A DNA stretch of 64,000 nucleotides from Bacteroidia bacterium (lineage in GTDB: Bacteria; Bacteroidota; Bacteroidia; Bacteroidales; VadinHA17), in contig JAPLDX010000060.1 of NCBI GenBank assembly GCA_026391215.1, positions 1-64,000 on the forward strand, read 5' to 3'. Under the pieces are notes generated by a model that searched no databases, had not been told where the DNA came from, and saw nothing but the letters and a program-made list of their open reading frames with translations. The position numbers and the translations under genes are program-made. Positions 22,391 through 32,060 of this stretch are shown here, piece by piece (within the stretch, counting starts at the first letter, position 1; every line of letters begins with the position of its first letter).

Positions 22391-24262
22391 ATGAAAAAGT
22401 TGCTTTTCCCTTTCAGTCTCTTTCTGCTGTTAGTCGGTTGTTCACAGCAAAAGGATCAGAAACAATACAGTGTTGATCAGTTCTACAAGAACAACAATGT
22501 ATCCGGCGGCTCATTTTCTGCTGACGAGATAAAAGTGCTTTTCAGCAGCAATGAATCAGGTATCTATAACCTGTATGAAGTAACCATTTCAGATGGTTCA
22601 CAGAGAATGGTCACAAATTCAACCATGGAATCATATTATGCGGTCGGATATGTGCCCGGAACAGATAAGATTTGCTACAGCGCCGATGACAATGGCAATG
22701 AGATTTTCCATATTTTTCTTTTAAATGAAGACGGAACATCAACGGACCTTACGCCGGGGGAAAAAGAAAAGGCCTTCTTCGGATCATGGAGCAGGGATAA
22801 AAAAACCATGTATTTTGTATCCAGCAAAAGAGACCCCAGATTCTTTGACTATTATAAAATGAAGATCGGTGAATGGATCCCGGAACTGATCTATCAGAAT
22901 AATGAGGGAATCGACTTTGCCGGAATGTCGGTCGATGAAAATCTCCTTGCTTTACAGAATTCTATTACTACAAGCCGGAATCAGCTTTTCCTGTTCGACA
23001 GATCAGCAAAGAAAACCACGGAAATATCAGATCCGGAAAATCCGGGAATCTATTACAGTTCCGGTTTCACCAATGATGGCAAATACTTCTACTATATAAC
23101 TGATGCAGGAAAAGAATTTGCATACCTGGTACAGTATGAAACAGCTACGGGTGAACGCAAAACGATTTTTGAAACAAACTGGGATGTCACAAACAGTTAT
23201 CTGAGCGAAAATGAGAAATACAGGGTAATCTCAATCAATGAAGACGGGAAAAATACTTTGATAGTTAAAGAGAATTCCACTTTTAAAGACATTGAATTTC
23301 CTCCTATTCCCGATGCTGATATTTTAAATGTAAGCATATCAGAAAGTGAGAATAAGCTTCTTCTCACTGCAGGAACCTCCAGAACACCGGGTAATATTTA
23401 TGTGTACAATCTTGAAACTAAAGAACTGAAAAAGTTGACTGAAACACTTAATCCAGAACTGGATCCACAAAACCTGGTATCTGCTGAAATAATCCGGTTT
23501 AAGTCTTTTGATGATCTGGAGATACCGGCAATATTTTATAAACCTGCCGGTGCCTCGAAGAACAGGAAAGTTCCTGCTCTGGTCTATGTCCACGGCGGGC
23601 CAGGGGATCAGACCAGGGTCAATTATAGTTCTCTTATTCAGTGCCTTGTTAATCATGGCTATGCTGTCCTTGGAGTAAATAACAGGGGAAGCAGCGGTTA
23701 TGGCAAGACCTTTTTCACGATGGACGACAGGAACCATGGAGACAAGGACCTGAAAGATTGCATCTGGGGGGAAAAATGGCTCCAGGCACAGGAATATATC
23801 AATCCGGATAAAATTGGTATAATCGGACGTAGTTATGGCGGATATATGACTATGGCTGCAATGACCTTTGCCCCGGATGAGTTTAATGTGGGCGTGAATT
23901 TTTTCGGCGTGACCAACTGGATAAGAATCCTTAAGTCCATACCACCTGACTGGGAGTCGGGCAGAAAAGCGCTCTATGCCGAGCTTGGTGATCCATATTC
24001 AGCAGATTCGGTAAGATTGTTCAATATATCTCCGCTCTTTCATGCTGATAAGGTTAAAAGTCCTGTTCTTGTACTCCAGGGAGCAAATGACCCGAGAGTT
24101 TTACAGGTGGAATCGGATGAAATTGTCGCAGCAATTAAAAAGAATAATGTTCCGGTTGAGTATATTATTTTCCCGGATGAAGGACACGGCTTTGTTAAAA
24201 AGGAAAATGAAATTAAGGGGACAGAACTGGTTCTGACATTCCTGGATAAATATCTCAGATAG
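22391..24262 (+). CDS. S9 family peptidase (dipeptidyl/acylaminoacyl peptidase), lipoprotein
   Basis: LVG-C lipobox; beta-propeller; HGGP, GRSYGG, DPRV and DEGHGF catalytic motifs. Confidence 0.93.
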   Translation: MKKLLFPFSLFLLLVGCSQQKDQKQYSVDQFYKNNNVSGGSFSADEIKVLFSSNESGIYNLYEVTISDGSQRMVTNSTMESYYAVGYVPGTDKICYSADDNGNEIFHIFLLNEDGTSTDLTPGEKEKAFFGSWSRDKKTMYFVSSKRDPRFFDYYKMKIGEWIPELIYQNNEGIDFAGMSVDENLLALQNSITTSRNQLFLFDRSAKKTTEISDPENPGIYYSSGFTNDGKYFYYITDAGKEFAYLVQYETATGERKTIFETNWDVTNSYLSENEKYRVISINEDGKNTLIVKENSTFKDIEFPPIPDADILNVSISESENKLLLTAGTSRTPGNIYVYNLETKELKKLTETLNPELDPQNLVSAEIIRFKSFDDLEIPAIFYKPAGASKNRKVPALVYVHGGPGDQTRVNYSSLIQCLVNHGYAVLGVNNRGSSGYGKTFFTMDDRNHGDKDLKDCIWGEKWLQAQEYINPDKIGIIGRSYGGYMTMAAMTFAPDEFNVGVNFFGVTNWIRILKSIPPDWESGRKALYAELGDPYSADSVRLFNISPLFHADKVKSPVLVLQGANDPRVLQVESDEIVAAIKKNNVPVEYIIFPDEGHGFVKKENEIKGTELVLTFLDKYLR

Positions 24263-24263
24263 G

Positions 24264-24305
24264 CGATATTCGATATTCGATATGCGATATACAATATACG
24301 ATTTG
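24264..24305. repeat. Heptamer tandem repeat (CGATATT)x6, imperfect
   Basis: cgatatt cgatatt cgatatg cgatata caatata cgatttg directly after the stop codon. Confidence 0.8.
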
Positions 24306-24347
24306 AAGATGAAGGTGTGATAATGGACATATAATACCTTAAATATT

Positions 24348-26183
24348 ATGGAGAAACACGTACTTATCGATATATCAAATGGAAGTCTGCTTTATCAGAT
24401 TTTCTATGTGCTGGCCTTCGTGGTTGCATATGTGATCATTTTCTGTGAAGGTTACAAAAGGAAATTCCCTCTTCTGACGTGGGTTCTCATTATTGCAGGT
24501 ATACGATTTGCAGTGGTAATTGGAACGAAGATCTTTACTTATTCAGCAGAGGAGTGGCGTTTTATGCTTGAAAGCCAGACATTTTTGCCAAACAATCAGA
24601 AAACTATGTTTGGAGGATTCCTTCTCGGAACAGGAGCTTATCTTCTGTTAAGGTATCTTTTTAATTTCAGGCACTCGGTATGGGACACTGTTGCCATAGC
24701 ATTCCCTGCAGCAGTATCGATCCAGTCGATGGGATGTTTCTTTTATGGTTGCTGCTTTGGTAAAGCCGTTTCCCTGCCGTGGGCAGTCCGGTATCCGGTC
24801 ATGTCGCTTGCTCATTACCACCAATTTGAATCCGGAGCTATAACTTTTAACGATCTCTATTCTCTTCCTGTTCATCCCGTACAATTATATCAATGCCTTG
24901 GAGGATTATTGGTGATCATTCTTGTGATCAGGTTTCGAAAATACTGGAAGGCACAGGGCAGCATTCTCCTGAGCTCTATTGTCTTTTTTACCCTGATCAG
25001 GTTTATAATTGAATTCTTCAGGGATCCTCTTTCAAACAAAACAGGAGGGGAGATGCTTTGGGTACTGAAACAGGTACAATGGCAGTATCTGATATTTGCT
25101 GTCCTGATGACACTTCTGTTATTCTGGAGGGAAAAGACATTCAGAGTCAAACCTGTAGTTTTAAATAACAACCCACCCGGATTAAAATTACAGATTGCTT
25201 TTCTGTGTGCATTGGTTCTTATATTCCTTTTACTCCGTGGCTGGTTCACCCTGCCGGAGATAATCGCCCTGAATATTGCGTTGCTTCCGGCACTCCTTAT
25301 TTCCGGAATCGAGGTTTACAGGTCATTTGCATCTCTGAGATACAGATGGATCTATGCTTTGATACTCCTGCTTCCTCTTCTGCTGATGAGTCAGACCTTA
25401 CCGTCAGCGCAGACAGATTCAACAACAATTAAGAAAGCAAAATCATATCATTCAATCGGTGGAGGAATTGCCACCGGAGATTTTATTGATGCACCGAGCA
25501 ATCATTATGGAGAAGGATGCGACAGGGTTACAAACACCCGCTATTTCAATCAGAAGTACACGATTGGCGGTATCGGATACAGTTACACAAAAGAGACGCC
25601 TGAAAAATATATGATCAGGTATGGAGTCAATACCTTCTTTGGGAAATATTCACAAAATATCCTGTCCAGCGGAATATCGGAAAAGGAAAATATATTTGGG
25701 ATAAATCCATGTGCGGGAATAGATTCAAAATGGATAGGCGGGGCATTGGGTCTTCATATTGGTAATCTTTACTATTCCACCGGCGACAGGGAAAAGGAAA
25801 GCATGCAGATACCTGTAACAGGTAGTTTTCATACAGTATTTTTCCCGCAATTTTACTTCCGGTTTGGAGAAGTAAGGACGTTTTTTGGTGAGATTCATAT
25901 TGCCGATCAGTTCCCGGTATCCACACCTGGATTAGCATTTCAATTCCATATTGGAACAGGCTTTGGACTGGAGAATGGATTAAAGCTCAGGTTTGGCACA
26001 TCATTATATGAGCACAGTAGCTGGCTATTTTCAGCTTATATCCCGATTGAGAACAGGATAATCATAGAGCCCTTATTTCTGTGGAGCAAAGGTGAAAAAG
26101 ATAACTATGAATATCCTAAAGGAATATCAAATGAAAAGCAGTTCTCGGTCGGACTTTCTTATCGTTTTGGGCATAAATACTAA
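24348..26183 (+). CDS. Lgt-like (prolipoprotein diacylglyceryl transferase family) domain fused to a C-terminal putative beta-barrel
   Basis: GCFFYGCCFG, LPWAV, HPVQLY and RFIIEFFR Lgt-family motifs; last ~260 aa have alternating beta-strands ending VGLSYRF. Confidence 0.8.
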   Translation: MEKHVLIDISNGSLLYQIFYVLAFVVAYVIIFCEGYKRKFPLLTWVLIIAGIRFAVVIGTKIFTYSAEEWRFMLESQTFLPNNQKTMFGGFLLGTGAYLLLRYLFNFRHSVWDTVAIAFPAAVSIQSMGCFFYGCCFGKAVSLPWAVRYPVMSLAHYHQFESGAITFNDLYSLPVHPVQLYQCLGGLLVIILVIRFRKYWKAQGSILLSSIVFFTLIRFIIEFFRDPLSNKTGGEMLWVLKQVQWQYLIFAVLMTLLLFWREKTFRVKPVVLNNNPPGLKLQIAFLCALVLIFLLLRGWFTLPEIIALNIALLPALLISGIEVYRSFASLRYRWIYALILLLPLLLMSQTLPSAQTDSTTIKKAKSYHSIGGGIATGDFIDAPSNHYGEGCDRVTNTRYFNQKYTIGGIGYSYTKETPEKYMIRYGVNTFFGKYSQNILSSGISEKENIFGINPCAGIDSKWIGGALGLHIGNLYYSTGDREKESMQIPVTGSFHTVFFPQFYFRFGEVRTFFGEIHIADQFPVSTPGLAFQFHIGTGFGLENGLKLRFGTSLYEHSSWLFSAYIPIENRIIIEPLFLWSKGEKDNYEYPKGISNEKQFSVGLSYRFGHKY

Positions 26184-26258
26184 AGCTTAACAGATTTCCC
26201 GGGATCTAGGCTGGCTTGATTTTTGCTGTAATTGTTTTAATCCCAAACGTTTTATCTC

Positions 26259-26669
26259 ATGAAAAAAATTGCATTTTTCTTTGTCTTTTCCCTTGTTCTA
26301 TTTTCCTGCGAGAAAGGCGATTTCCCTGATCCATCAACACTTCCGAAAGGACTTGCCGGATCATGGGTAGAGACCCACACCCTGGAAGATACAATTGTTT
26401 TCAATTCAGGCAGGGATACCGGCTGGTTCTACCTGTCCAGAGGTTTTGAGATGAGAAACGGATACCGGCTGCCGAAAATAGGAAGCGCACCCTATTCATA
26501 TATAATATCAGGTGACAGCATATCGGTAATTGACGGATTATCAAGTTCCATGCAAGGCGGAACCTATTATTTCAGGTATGATGAACCGGATCTTATTATC
26601 AATATAGGCAAGTTCTGTAAATATATAGACACGAAGAAATCGACACTGATATTCAGGAAAATCAGATGA
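26259..26669 (+). CDS. Hypothetical lipoprotein
   Basis: LFS-C lipobox; lipocalin-like LAGSW motif. Confidence 0.75.
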   Translation: MKKIAFFFVFSLVLFSCEKGDFPDPSTLPKGLAGSWVETHTLEDTIVFNSGRDTGWFYLSRGFEMRNGYRLPKIGSAPYSYIISGDSISVIDGLSSSMQGGTYYFRYDEPDLIINIGKFCKYIDTKKSTLIFRKIR

Positions 26670-27703
26670 AATTAGTCCTGAGAATGGTTTTCCTGGTCAC
26701 TTCATTGCTTTTCATAATTAGCGATGAAGGCAATAGTCAGCGTTCTGAAAATACGGAATGGATAAAGGAATCCACAAAAAGGGACTCTCCTTATTCCTGG
26801 TACCTGCTGATGAGCTACGACTCCCTGCCGGCATCAGCATCGGCTCCTCTTCTGAACGGGGGAGAAGTAACCACACAGAAATCAGTCGGGACTTTCGATT
26901 ATCTGAAGGGACGAACCAGGATCGACCTGCTCGCAAGCATGGAAATGAATGTCCATGAGATAGCGCACGGATATTTTGACCATAATATGTTCCGGTATAT
27001 TCCTGAGAATAACCTTGAATTCAATCCGGATAATGCCAACGGATTCATTTATATCACTCCTCAGCACTCCTTCTTTGTCTCTTTCCCTTTAAAAGCCTTG
27101 TTCCCGTCCGGTGAGCTTGCAGCAGTCGTCCCCTCTGACCTGCGGACTTACCGCTATAATACATATATTAAAGGAACAACATCTACGCAAAGCGATGGCA
27201 TTATAGGTCTTCTGAATGAGCTGCATGCATATTACTGCGGATCGAGATATTGCTTCGACATGCTTGAAGCATATAAGACAGCTGCAGGATCAGATGAAAC
27301 CGGGTTGTTTGAATGGGTTACACATACACAGAGCACCATGAGCGCCTTCTACGAGTTCGATTTTTTCATTAATGAGTACTTGCTCCATATGAAAAGGAAA
27401 TACCCGCAGAATTATGAAATTTTAAGATCGTACACTCCCTTCAGGGAATCATATAGAGCTTTGCAAGGATTATATATTGATTTGATTGACAGATACCTGG
27501 ATCGTATCAATAAGGAGATGGAGCTATTGAATTCCTCGGGTGATGCTGTAACCAGGCTGACCGACGGCTGGCTCTGGATAAAAGCAGGCGGCAGTCATAT
27601 CTCCAGCGGCACGCCCCTCTTCTCCGACGAAAGGAAAACACTTCTACCAGTACTTGAGGGCAGAAGATATGAAGAAATTGAAGAAGATTTTGGAATAAGG
27701 TAA
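26666..27703 (+). CDS. Secreted hypothetical protein, putative zinc metallopeptidase
   Basis: Signal peptide; VHEIAH (HEXXH) and downstream NELHAY; 4-bp overlap with the previous gene. Confidence 0.7.
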   Translation: MKLVLRMVFLVTSLLFIISDEGNSQRSENTEWIKESTKRDSPYSWYLLMSYDSLPASASAPLLNGGEVTTQKSVGTFDYLKGRTRIDLLASMEMNVHEIAHGYFDHNMFRYIPENNLEFNPDNANGFIYITPQHSFFVSFPLKALFPSGELAAVVPSDLRTYRYNTYIKGTTSTQSDGIIGLLNELHAYYCGSRYCFDMLEAYKTAAGSDETGLFEWVTHTQSTMSAFYEFDFFINEYLLHMKRKYPQNYEILRSYTPFRESYRALQGLYIDLIDRYLDRINKEMELLNSSGDAVTRLTDGWLWIKAGGSHISSGTPLFSDERKTLLPVLEGRRYEEIEEDFGIR

Positions 27704-27727
27704 GCCGGATTAAGTGTTTAAATGTAT

Positions 27728-27759
27728 GATCGTTCGATCGTTCGATCGTTCGATCGTTC
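27728..27759. repeat. Octamer tandem repeat (GATCGTTC)x4
   Basis: Four exact copies between convergent genes. Confidence 0.85.
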
Positions 27760-27771
27760 AAACGCTGAACA

Positions 27772-29295
27772 TTATTCAATAGTAGTTCTGAACTTCCTGT
27801 GATCTTCCTTACAGAGCTTCTTTACAAGTCTCCGTCCCGACATGATTCCCGTAGGCAGTCCTCCTCCCGGTTCCACCCACTGTCCGCACATGAAGAAATT
27901 GCTGAGCCCCGGAAGCATCTGTGACATAGGCTTCATTACTACATATGAATTTGCCGGAGTGATAAGCCAGCCTTCAAAGCTTCCCTGCCAGTTGCCGGTA
28001 TATCGCTTAAATGTCATGGGCGTCGCTACATCAACGACTTCGACCTGTGATGCAATTCCCGGGAACCTTTTATCAAGCTGTTCCACAAGGATAAGTGCGA
28101 TCTCCTCTTTTTTTGCTTTATATGCTGATTCATTCTCTGCCAGCTTTTCCCAGTAATCATATCTTGATTCCATCATGATTATAATGCTGGTCTTGCCTTC
28201 AGGCGCCATTGAAGGATCATGGTTATAAATATGTATCCATAGCCTGTTACGCACTCTGTCGCCTATTTCAACAGGACTGCTGAGCGGGTAGCTGAATCCT
28301 GAAACGGAAAGCGGTTCATCGGCAAAAGAGCGGTTTACGCCTATGCCTGCGAAGACAAGCGGCTGGAATATCGGCCACTTCTCATATGGCTCACGGATTT
28401 TGTCATCAGCATATTTGCCATCGAGCATATTAAAAATGGTGCTGAATCCATCGGCAGCAGAAACGACCCTGCCTGCCCTGTGCTCTGTCCCGTCAATGAG
28501 CCTTACACCTACAGCCTTGTTGTCTTCCACGATGATCTTCTCAACTCTTTGTCGGTAATTAATTGTTCCGCCGAGCTTTATATACCGTCTTTCAAGAGCT
28601 TCCGACATTGGTGTTGAACCTCCAAGGGGGTAACCTGCATTCTTTTTATGAAGATATGCAAATGTGAAGAACATGAACATTATTGAGAATTCAGGCATCC
28701 ACATCTCTTTAAGTGCATCTCTCAAAAGGGGATCCTTGAAGCGGCCTGAAAATTCTGCTGCAGATATCTTCATCCACTTCTGCATTTTCCCGCCATTGAT
28801 GGCGAAGCTGAGTCCCAAACCAATATACCTGAATATGCGTACCGGGAGAGAAACTTTTTTTGAAGGAGCTTCAAGAGACAGGCACATTCTTATTCCGTCA
28901 ATGAACTCACTGATCGGTTCCTTGTCGGATGGTGAGAATTCAAGCAGTTCCTTCTCCAGCTTGTCAACATTGGAATAGAAGATCAGTGTTCTGCCGTCAG
29001 CAGCCTCGAAACGCATATATTCATCAATATCAATGATCCGGCTTCCCTGTGCTATGCCGACCTCTTCCCAATACTGGTTCATGGGGCTTTGAGGATTTGA
29101 GCCTACCAGCCAGTGGATACATCCGTCAAAGGTGTATCCTTTCCGTTTCCATGATGTGCACAGCCCTCCGGGTTTGTCGTGCATCTCGAAGATCTCAGCT
29201 TTGTAGCCGTTCATCAGTGCATATATCCCTGCTCCGAGTCCGGCAAATCCGGCTCCGATAATTATAATTGAGTTGTCACTGGTATTGTTTGTCAT
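27772..29295 (-). CDS. NAD(P)/FAD-dependent oxidoreductase, phytoene dehydrogenase-like
   Basis: IIGAGFAGL Rossmann motif; PGGLCTSW..GYTFDG; DVATP; CGQWVEPGGG; start MTNN at 29295. Confidence 0.88.
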   Translation of the reverse strand: MTNNTSDNSIIIIGAGFAGLGAGIYALMNGYKAEIFEMHDKPGGLCTSWKRKGYTFDGCIHWLVGSNPQSPMNQYWEEVGIAQGSRIIDIDEYMRFEAADGRTLIFYSNVDKLEKELLEFSPSDKEPISEFIDGIRMCLSLEAPSKKVSLPVRIFRYIGLGLSFAINGGKMQKWMKISAAEFSGRFKDPLLRDALKEMWMPEFSIMFMFFTFAYLHKKNAGYPLGGSTPMSEALERRYIKLGGTINYRQRVEKIIVEDNKAVGVRLIDGTEHRAGRVVSAADGFSTIFNMLDGKYADDKIREPYEKWPIFQPLVFAGIGVNRSFADEPLSVSGFSYPLSSPVEIGDRVRNRLWIHIYNHDPSMAPEGKTSIIIMMESRYDYWEKLAENESAYKAKKEEIALILVEQLDKRFPGIASQVEVVDVATPMTFKRYTGNWQGSFEGWLITPANSYVVMKPMSQMLPGLSNFFMCGQWVEPGGGLPTGIMSGRRLVKKLCKEDHRKFRTTIE

Positions 29296-29378
29296 CTTAT
29301 TAAGTGGTTTAATGCAAATAGCAAATTTACATCTCTTTGCTGAAAATAAAACGATAAATCTGATGAACACCCGGAGAT

Positions 29379-29408
29379 ACCGGTGACTGGTTGCCGGCAA
29401 CCGGTCAA
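29379..29408. promoter_or_regulatory. Candidate LytTR-type direct repeat between divergent genes
   Basis: ACCGGTGAC (29379) and ACCGGTCAA (29400), 21-bp period. Confidence 0.35.
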
Positions 29409-29969
29409 TTCAGTTTTAGAATGATCGTCTCTATAACTTTAAATTTCATTTATAGCATTTCACTGAAAAAGTACAAGGTAAAATGATTTTTGTTTTATAG
29501 ATTTACAACGAAAATGAATCTGTAAATATTAGTAAAATTCGACAAGCATATGAGAAAAACAATCCTTCTTACATTTTTGTCAGCTGTGTGCATGCTGGCT
29601 TTTTCCCAGGTGCCACAGGGTATTAATTACCAGGCTGTTGTATATAACAGCTCGGGATCCACGGTACCTAATACCAATATACAGGTTAAAGCAGCTATCC
29701 TTTCTGATACTTTAACACCTGTTATTGTGTGGGAAGAGCTTCATTCAACTGTCAGAACAAATGCAAGTGGTGTATTTAACCTTGTAATCGGTACAGGAAC
29801 AAAACAATCCGGATCAGCGTCTGCATTCAATACTATTGACTGGAGCATGACGCCATTATACCTTAAAATTCAGATATTTTATCAGAGTGCCTGGAAGTAT
29901 ATGGGAACATCAAAACTATGGTCAGTACCTTATGCAATGTATTCAGGAAATAAGGTAGATCTGACAGAT

Positions 29970-30068
29970 TTGCAGACTGAAATTGATGCGACAGAGACAG
30001 TTTTACGAGCTGAAATTGATGCGACAGAGACAGTTTTACAGACTGAAATTGATGCAACAGAAACAGGC
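29970..30068 (+). repeat. 33-bp coding tandem repeat x3 (LQTEIDATETV hendecad)
   Basis: ctgaaattgatgcgacagagacag core recurs at a 33-bp period. Confidence 0.9.
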
Positions 30069-30204
30069 GCCGGCCTGAATAATAATGGAAGCTATTCAGC
30101 GAATGCATCGGCAAACTACATTGCTTCTGCCTCCAGCCTTAAGGATGCTGATAACAAGCTTGATGCACAGGCGAAGAAGAATTCAGACAATATTGCAGCC
30201 ATAA

Positions 30205-30790
30205 AGAATTTATGTTGATGATGGTGCCAAGGGAGCCAAAGGAGGATTTGCGGTAGGCGGATTCGGAACTTCAAAAGCTCCTTCACAGAATCTGCTCTAT
30301 GTTGATCCGGACAGTATAAGGGCTTATGTCAGCAATGAACCTGTAAAAGGGGCAAAGGGAGGGTTTGCAGTAGGCGGATTCGGAACTACAAAAGCTTCTT
30401 CGCAGGACCTTCTTTTTGTTGGTCCTGACAGCATAAGGGCTTATGTCAATATTGATCCGGAAAAGGGAGCAAAGGGAGGATTTGCAGTAGGCGGATTCGG
30501 CACTTTAAAAGGTACTGCGCAGAATCTGCTTGTTGTTAATGCAGATAGTATCAGGGCTTATATAGACACAAATACGGGAAAGGGTGCTAAGGGTGGATTT
30601 GCAGTAGGCGGATTTGGTACTACCAAATCGACTGTTGAGGAATACCTTCGCATAACACGTGATAGTACAAGGATCTATATAAACAATACAGGGACCAAGG
30701 GAGCCAAGGGAGGTTTTGCCGTTGGCGGATTTGGCACCTCCAAAGGATCATCTGATAATTATATGCTTATCAATCCTGATAGTACAAGGT
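30205..30790 (+). repeat. 117-bp coding repeat x5 (KGAKGGFAVGGFG...DS-R-Y)
   Basis: GGFA codons start at 30241, 30358, 30475, 30592 and 30709. Confidence 0.9.
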
Positions 30791-31909
30791 TTTACGTGCG
30801 CGAGATTATTCCGGGAACCTCATCTACATTCGACATTATAGGAATTAACCTGGATCAGTCTCAGACTTTACTAATGACCGCCAATACAGACACGGTCGGA
30901 ATAGGAGGAGTACTGAACGTACAAAACAATTTGAATGTTTCAGGAAATATTGGTTATACAGGAACTGTAACTCTTGTTGTTCCGGTACTCAATACATTCG
31001 AACCATTTAACATAACAGATATCTCGGCCATGGTCATGTGTGATATAACAAGCAACGGAGGTGCAGCTGTTATCGCAAGCGGAGTTGTCTGGAGCACCTC
31101 TGCAAAGCCAACAGTTGACTTAGTCACAAAAACAACTGACGGAACTTCAATGGGGCAATATACAAGCACGATAACAGGATTAACTGAATCCACAACTTAT
31201 TATGTCAGGGCTTATGCTACAAACGCCAATGGTACGGGTTATGGTGCAGAAATGACGTTTACAACACCTATGCAGGGGACTACAGTAATTGACTATGACG
31301 GGAATGTCTATAATATGGTAGTTATAGGAACACAAACATGGATGGCATCTAACCTTAAGACTACCAGGTTAAATGATGGAACTGTAATTACTCATGCAGC
31401 AGACAGTGCGACCTGGGTGAATCTTTTGACATCAGGATACGCCTGGTATAACAGTGACGCTGTAACATATGCCGATTATGGAATACTTTATAACTGGACT
31501 ACTGTCAATACAGGACTGCTTTGTCCGACAGGCTGGCATGTTCCTTCAGAACCAGAGTGGACAACTTTAACGACGTTCCTGGGCGGGAACTTCGTTGCCG
31601 GAGGAAAGCTGAAAGAGACCGGAACTACACACTGGCTCCTGCCGAATGGGAATGCAACGGATGAGTTCGGTTTTACAGCTCTCCCCGGGGGTTTGCGTAG
31701 TTTCATGGGCCCCTTCGCCGGTGTGGGAGACTCTGGTAATTTCTGGACTTCAACAAGGATATCGACAGATCCTACATCTGTAAGTATGTACTCCATGTAT
31801 GGTGAATTAATGATAATGATGACAAGTGACAGGAGCGGTCTGTCTGTCAGGTGCATGAAGGATTAAGTGCGTCTGGCTGAATAGTCATATATAGTATTAT
31901 AAATTATTG

Positions 31910-31945
31910 AAGCCCTTCTCTCCCTGAGAGAGGGGCTTTGCTTTT
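31910..31945 (+). terminator. Intrinsic terminator
   Basis: AAGCCCTTCTCTC-CCT-GAGAGAGGGGCTT followed by a T-rich tail. Confidence 0.75.
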
Positions 31946-32060
31946 AAATTTTTTTGTGATTATCAGGTATATGGTGTAAATTAGGAATACAATAAATACG
32001 GGGTAATACAAATTCTGTTTTTAGCTTAAGTCGGTCATTGACAATTAATTATATGAACCT

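Larger units (their letters stand above)
29550..31866 (+). pseudogene. Fibre-like FISUMP (Fib_succ_major) domain protein 1, broken near 30204
   Basis: 29550-30218 encodes signal peptide, QVPQGINYQAV N-domain and a coiled coil; a second frame open 30205-31866 encodes RIYVDDGAKG, five 39-aa repeats, an FN3-like domain and FISUMP (QTWMASNL, YGILYNW, CPTGWHVPS, GLSVRCMKD). Confidence 0.8.

Noticed and set aside
30205-30790. CRISPR-like array (regular 117-bp period)
   Set aside because: The repeats are in-frame coding with synonymous variation, the intervening parts are homologous to each other, and there are no cas genes
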